Source: Nitrospirota bacterium (GTDB lineage Bacteria; Nitrospirota; UBA9217). From it: a DNA stretch of 64,000 bases. This document shows, one piece after another, positions 60,916-64,000 of the stretch. Each line of letters begins with the position of its first letter. Within the stretch, counting starts at the first letter, position 1. The notes under the pieces were generated by a model that saw only the letters and a list, made by a program, of their open reading frames with translations, was not told the DNA's origin and made no database searches. The stretch spans positions 1,248,001 through 1,312,000 of the forward strand of contig CAVTRN010000001.1 in NCBI GenBank assembly GCA_963737155.1. The letters are read 5' to 3'. Made by a program: the position numbers and the translations under genes.

Positions 60916-61136
60916 CCCGGGGCCTTCATAACCGTTCAGACATAGTCATATTCTCATCCTTGGTTTTGGCCGAGCTGCCAGCATCAGAGGCACTTCTTTA
61001 TTACAACCTTTGTACTAAAAGTCTTAGGACAAAACTGACAGGCATCGTTGACGCCTGCATTACGCGGTGCTACGCTTAAATTAGAAGATAGTTTTTGCCC
61101 TTTTTTGATATGCAAAAAGGGTGGAGAGGATTTCCA

Positions 61137-61916
61137 ATGGCAGGAGCAACGATCTGGAAAGGATATATTCATTTTGGGGACACGGATGTGTTCGTGAAGT
61201 TGCATTCTGCAGTCAGGGAAGAGCGGCTTCAGTTTCACATCCTGCACAAACATGATCACGTAAGATTGCGTCAGCAGATGATCTGTGCTTATCAAAAACA
61301 GCCGGTGCCAGCAGAAGAACAGATAAAGGGGTTTGAGGTAGAGGAGGGGAAATATATCATTGTTGATCCTGAGGAGTTCGAGCAAGCGGTTCCTGAAAGC
61401 AATCGGATGATCGAGGTTCACGAATTTGTCAAAACCGACCAAATCGACCCTATCTTCCTTGATCGCGTCTACTATCTCGAACAGGATATGGCACAGATTC
61501 AGGGAAAGGGATATGTCGCACTAGCCAAAGCTATGAATGAGATGGACTTGCAAGGCATCTGCACTTGGACAATGCGAAAGCGTTCTTATCTCGGCGTCCT
61601 ACAGGCGAACAAGAAGGTTCTTCGCTTGAATACGCTTCGTTATGCCGACGAAATAATCCCGGTGGAATCCCTCGGACTGCAAGACCTTGTCTTGTCTGAA
61701 AAAGAATTGAAAATCGGGAGCGATTTGATCAATCAGATGACCAGTGCTTTTGAGCCGCGGAAATTTGAAGACGAACATCAAAAAAAGCTTAAGGATATGA
61801 TCGAAAAAAAAGCCCGCGGTGAGAACATTACGGTCGTAGCTCCCAGGCGCTTGAAACCCACCGAATCAGACCAACTGCTTCAGGTTCTTGAAGCCAGTCT
61901 GAAAAAAGTCGCCTGA
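61137..61916 (+). CDS. ku: NHEJ protein Ku (paralogue 1, divergent)
   Basis: IWKGYIHFG, IKGFEV, EFV...IDPIFLDRVYYL, TLRYADEI, LEASL. Confidence 0.88.
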   Translation: MAGATIWKGYIHFGDTDVFVKLHSAVREERLQFHILHKHDHVRLRQQMICAYQKQPVPAEEQIKGFEVEEGKYIIVDPEEFEQAVPESNRMIEVHEFVKTDQIDPIFLDRVYYLEQDMAQIQGKGYVALAKAMNEMDLQGICTWTMRKRSYLGVLQANKKVLRLNTLRYADEIIPVESLGLQDLVLSEKELKIGSDLINQMTSAFEPRKFEDEHQKKLKDMIEKKARGENITVVAPRRLKPTESDQLLQVLEASLKKVA

Positions 61917-61977
61917 GGGAAAGGCCCGCGATTAGATCGGGTGCCGTTGATGTTATCTTCAAACGGAGGGAAAGGAG

Positions 61978-62763
61978 ATGGCTGTGCAAGGAATATGGAG
62001 CGGGACGATCAGCTTCAGCCTGGTTGCGATTCCGGTGCGGTTGGTCAAGGCAATAGAGCCTGGCCGATTGTCTTTTCACCTGCTCCATAGTAAGGATTAC
62101 TCCCGCTTGTCACGGAGAATGGTTTGTCCGGAAGAAAAAACCATGGTCTCCCCGGATGAGATCATCAGGGGATACGAAATCGTGCCTGACAAATTCATTC
62201 TGATGACGGATGAGGAGCTGGAATCCGTGTCCCCGGAACGGAGTCGTACAATCGAGATCGTCGAGTTCATCGATAAGAAGGAGGTTGATACGATCTATTA
62301 TGATCACCCTTATTATCTCGTTCCTTCGAAGGGGGGCGAAAAAGCATATCAGCTTTTGGTCGAGGTGATGCGCCGGACGAAAAAGGCCGGGCTTGCAAAA
62401 TTCGTTTTGGCTGAACGTGAGTATTTGGTGGCAATTAAAAGCAGGGACGGAGCGCTGGAGCTGACCACGCTTCATTATAGCGACGAAATACTTTCCGATG
62501 AAGACATTTCGCCAAAGAAGGAAAAAATCGACGCTGAGGAGGTAAGCCGGATAACAAAAAGCATTAATCAAATGATCGAGGATTTTAACCCAGCAAAGTA
62601 TGCCGACAGGCGCCGGAAAAAACTCATGGATCTTCTCGCGACGAAGGTGAAAGATCAAACTCCGGTAGAGGCTCCTGCAGCGGAGGAAGAGGATGGAGAA
62701 GGTCCGGCAGATCTGGTCGCCGCACTGGAGGAGAGCATGCGGAAAGTGAAGGAGAACAGGTGA
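61978..62763 (+). CDS. ku: NHEJ protein Ku (paralogue 2)
   Basis: IWSGTISFSLVAIPV, IRGYEI, YYDHPYYL.P, KAYQLL, DLVAALEES. Confidence 0.92.
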   Translation: MAVQGIWSGTISFSLVAIPVRLVKAIEPGRLSFHLLHSKDYSRLSRRMVCPEEKTMVSPDEIIRGYEIVPDKFILMTDEELESVSPERSRTIEIVEFIDKKEVDTIYYDHPYYLVPSKGGEKAYQLLVEVMRRTKKAGLAKFVLAEREYLVAIKSRDGALELTTLHYSDEILSDEDISPKKEKIDAEEVSRITKSINQMIEDFNPAKYADRRRKKLMDLLATKVKDQTPVEAPAAEEEDGEGPADLVAALEESMRKVKENR

Positions 62764-63665
62764 ACCGAACAGTCGTCAAGATAGCAGGAAGGCGACTTCC
62801 TTTATCGAACCTCGAGAAGGATCTCTACCCTTCCTATGGTTTCACAAAGTCCTGTATCCTGGAATATTATCGAGGGATTTCATTGTTTATCCTCCCCCAT
62901 TTGAAAGATCGAGCCTTGACCTTTAAGCGCTATCCCGACGGGGTGGAAAAGGATTTCTTTTTCGAGAAGCGTTGTCCTAAGCACCGTCCGGACTGGGTGA
63001 AAACAGCGGAGATGCTCCAGAATGGTGGTGAGCCGATGATTGTCTGCCTGATCAACGATCTGGAAACGCTGCTATGGGTGGTGAATCTTGCCTCTCTTGA
63101 ACTCCATGTGCCTCTGGCCAGGGTCGGATCGCCTCAGACGCCTGATGCCATGGTCTTTGATCTGGATCCCGGAGATCCGGCAAACATTTTCGAGTGTGGG
63201 CGGGTAGCTTTGATACTTCGGGACCTGCTCTCTCGCATGAACCTTGTGAGCTATGTAAAAACCTCAGGTAGAAAGGGACTGCATGTATATGTACCCTTGA
63301 ACAACAGAGAGACAACCTTTGAGGATACGAAGACATTTTCAAAAGCCGTGGCAGGAATCATGCAGAAACATTATCCTAATCTGGTGACTTCAAAAATGAC
63401 AAAGCAGGAGAGGAAGGCGAAAGTTTTTATCAACTGGGCTCAGAATGACGCTTCAAAAACGATGATCTGCGTTTACTCACTTCGTGCTCGGGAAAAACCC
63501 TTTGTTTCATTTCCCCTTGAATGGAGGGAAGTGGAGAATTTTGACGGGCAGGATGCCCCGGAAAGATTGCAAGTAGAGCATTGGCAAGCTGTGAGTAGAG
63601 TTGAAAGAATGGGGAACCTTTTTCAGGATATGCTCATAAAAGAACAGAAGCTGCCTCATCTGTGA
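62760..63665 (+). CDS. ligD: Stand-alone LigD polymerase (AEP) domain protein
   Basis: LSNLEKDLYP, RYPDGV...FFEKR, ELH, FDLDP, KTSGRKGLHVYVPL, YSLRAR. Confidence 0.9.
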   Translation: MNRTVVKIAGRRLPLSNLEKDLYPSYGFTKSCILEYYRGISLFILPHLKDRALTFKRYPDGVEKDFFFEKRCPKHRPDWVKTAEMLQNGGEPMIVCLINDLETLLWVVNLASLELHVPLARVGSPQTPDAMVFDLDPGDPANIFECGRVALILRDLLSRMNLVSYVKTSGRKGLHVYVPLNNRETTFEDTKTFSKAVAGIMQKHYPNLVTSKMTKQERKAKVFINWAQNDASKTMICVYSLRAREKPFVSFPLEWREVENFDGQDAPERLQVEHWQAVSRVERMGNLFQDMLIKEQKLPHL

Positions 63666-63941
63666 CAGAATCATCACGCGAATGATAGCTTCTGTGCAAA
63701 AAGGATAAACAGTATTGAGCTGTCGAAGCTAGTTCCCAGAAGCATGCTGTCTTCCTTGCGTGTCCAAGAAAGCCAACCCAACGAGGGACACGGACGGAAT
63801 ATTTTTTCAGGGTGCAGATCGTTCACGGTACATTTCGAAAACTCACTCTTCTCGCTCAGAGACAGCCGGAAATGTTTCACCGTCGGCTCGATTGCACGCT
63901 TAATTCTCGAAGGGATTATGTATCCTGCATTGGTAAATGGT

Positions 63942-64000
63942 ATGGGATTAAGAGAATACGCATCGAAACGGGAATTCGAGAAAACGCCCGAACCGAAGCC
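63942..64000 (+). CDS. ligD: 5' end of a LigD 3'-phosphoesterase-domain protein (runs off the window)
   Basis: MGLREYASKREFEKTPEP matches the LigD PE N-terminal LxEYxxKRxFxxTPEP. Confidence 0.75.
   Translation, partial: MGLREYASKREFEKTPEPK

Overview
This is a bacterial chromosomal window. Gene content and style suggest an anaerobic diderm such as Nitrospirota or a deltaproteobacterium, which is an inference. Intact operons are separated by AT-richer spacers that hold many decayed gene fragments. The main intact units are: (1) a ceramide-synthesis operon (SDR reductase, serine palmitoyltransferase, GNAT ceramide synthase) facing an Aur1/IPC-synthase-like PAP2 gene; (2) an exbB-exbD-tonB-TonB receptor operon under tandem NikR-type operators, followed by an intact IS256-family element and a 7-repeat beta-propeller lipoprotein; (3) a divergent cold-shock/ribosome locus (RRM protein, rpsU, csp, rlmA-like, rluA-like); (4) a phosphoesterase with an orphan solute-binding protein; (5) a CruR/DUF2946-like His/CXXC/RAPP leader peptide upstream of a second TonB receptor-exbB-exbD-tonB unit; (6) lpxC with a sigma54 promoter; (7) TPR-dppD-dppF and a ParC-like topoisomerase A subunit; (8) a 2-oxoacid dehydrogenase E1a/E1b/E2 set; (9) an NHEJ locus with two tandem Ku genes and a split LigD. 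Relics of kdpD, an NTPase, a SNF2 helicase, an integron integrase, endonuclease V and ISL3/IS110/ISAzo13 transposases are recognisable. I found no rRNA, intact tRNA or CRISPR array. All calls come from reading motifs by eye; no database search was run.
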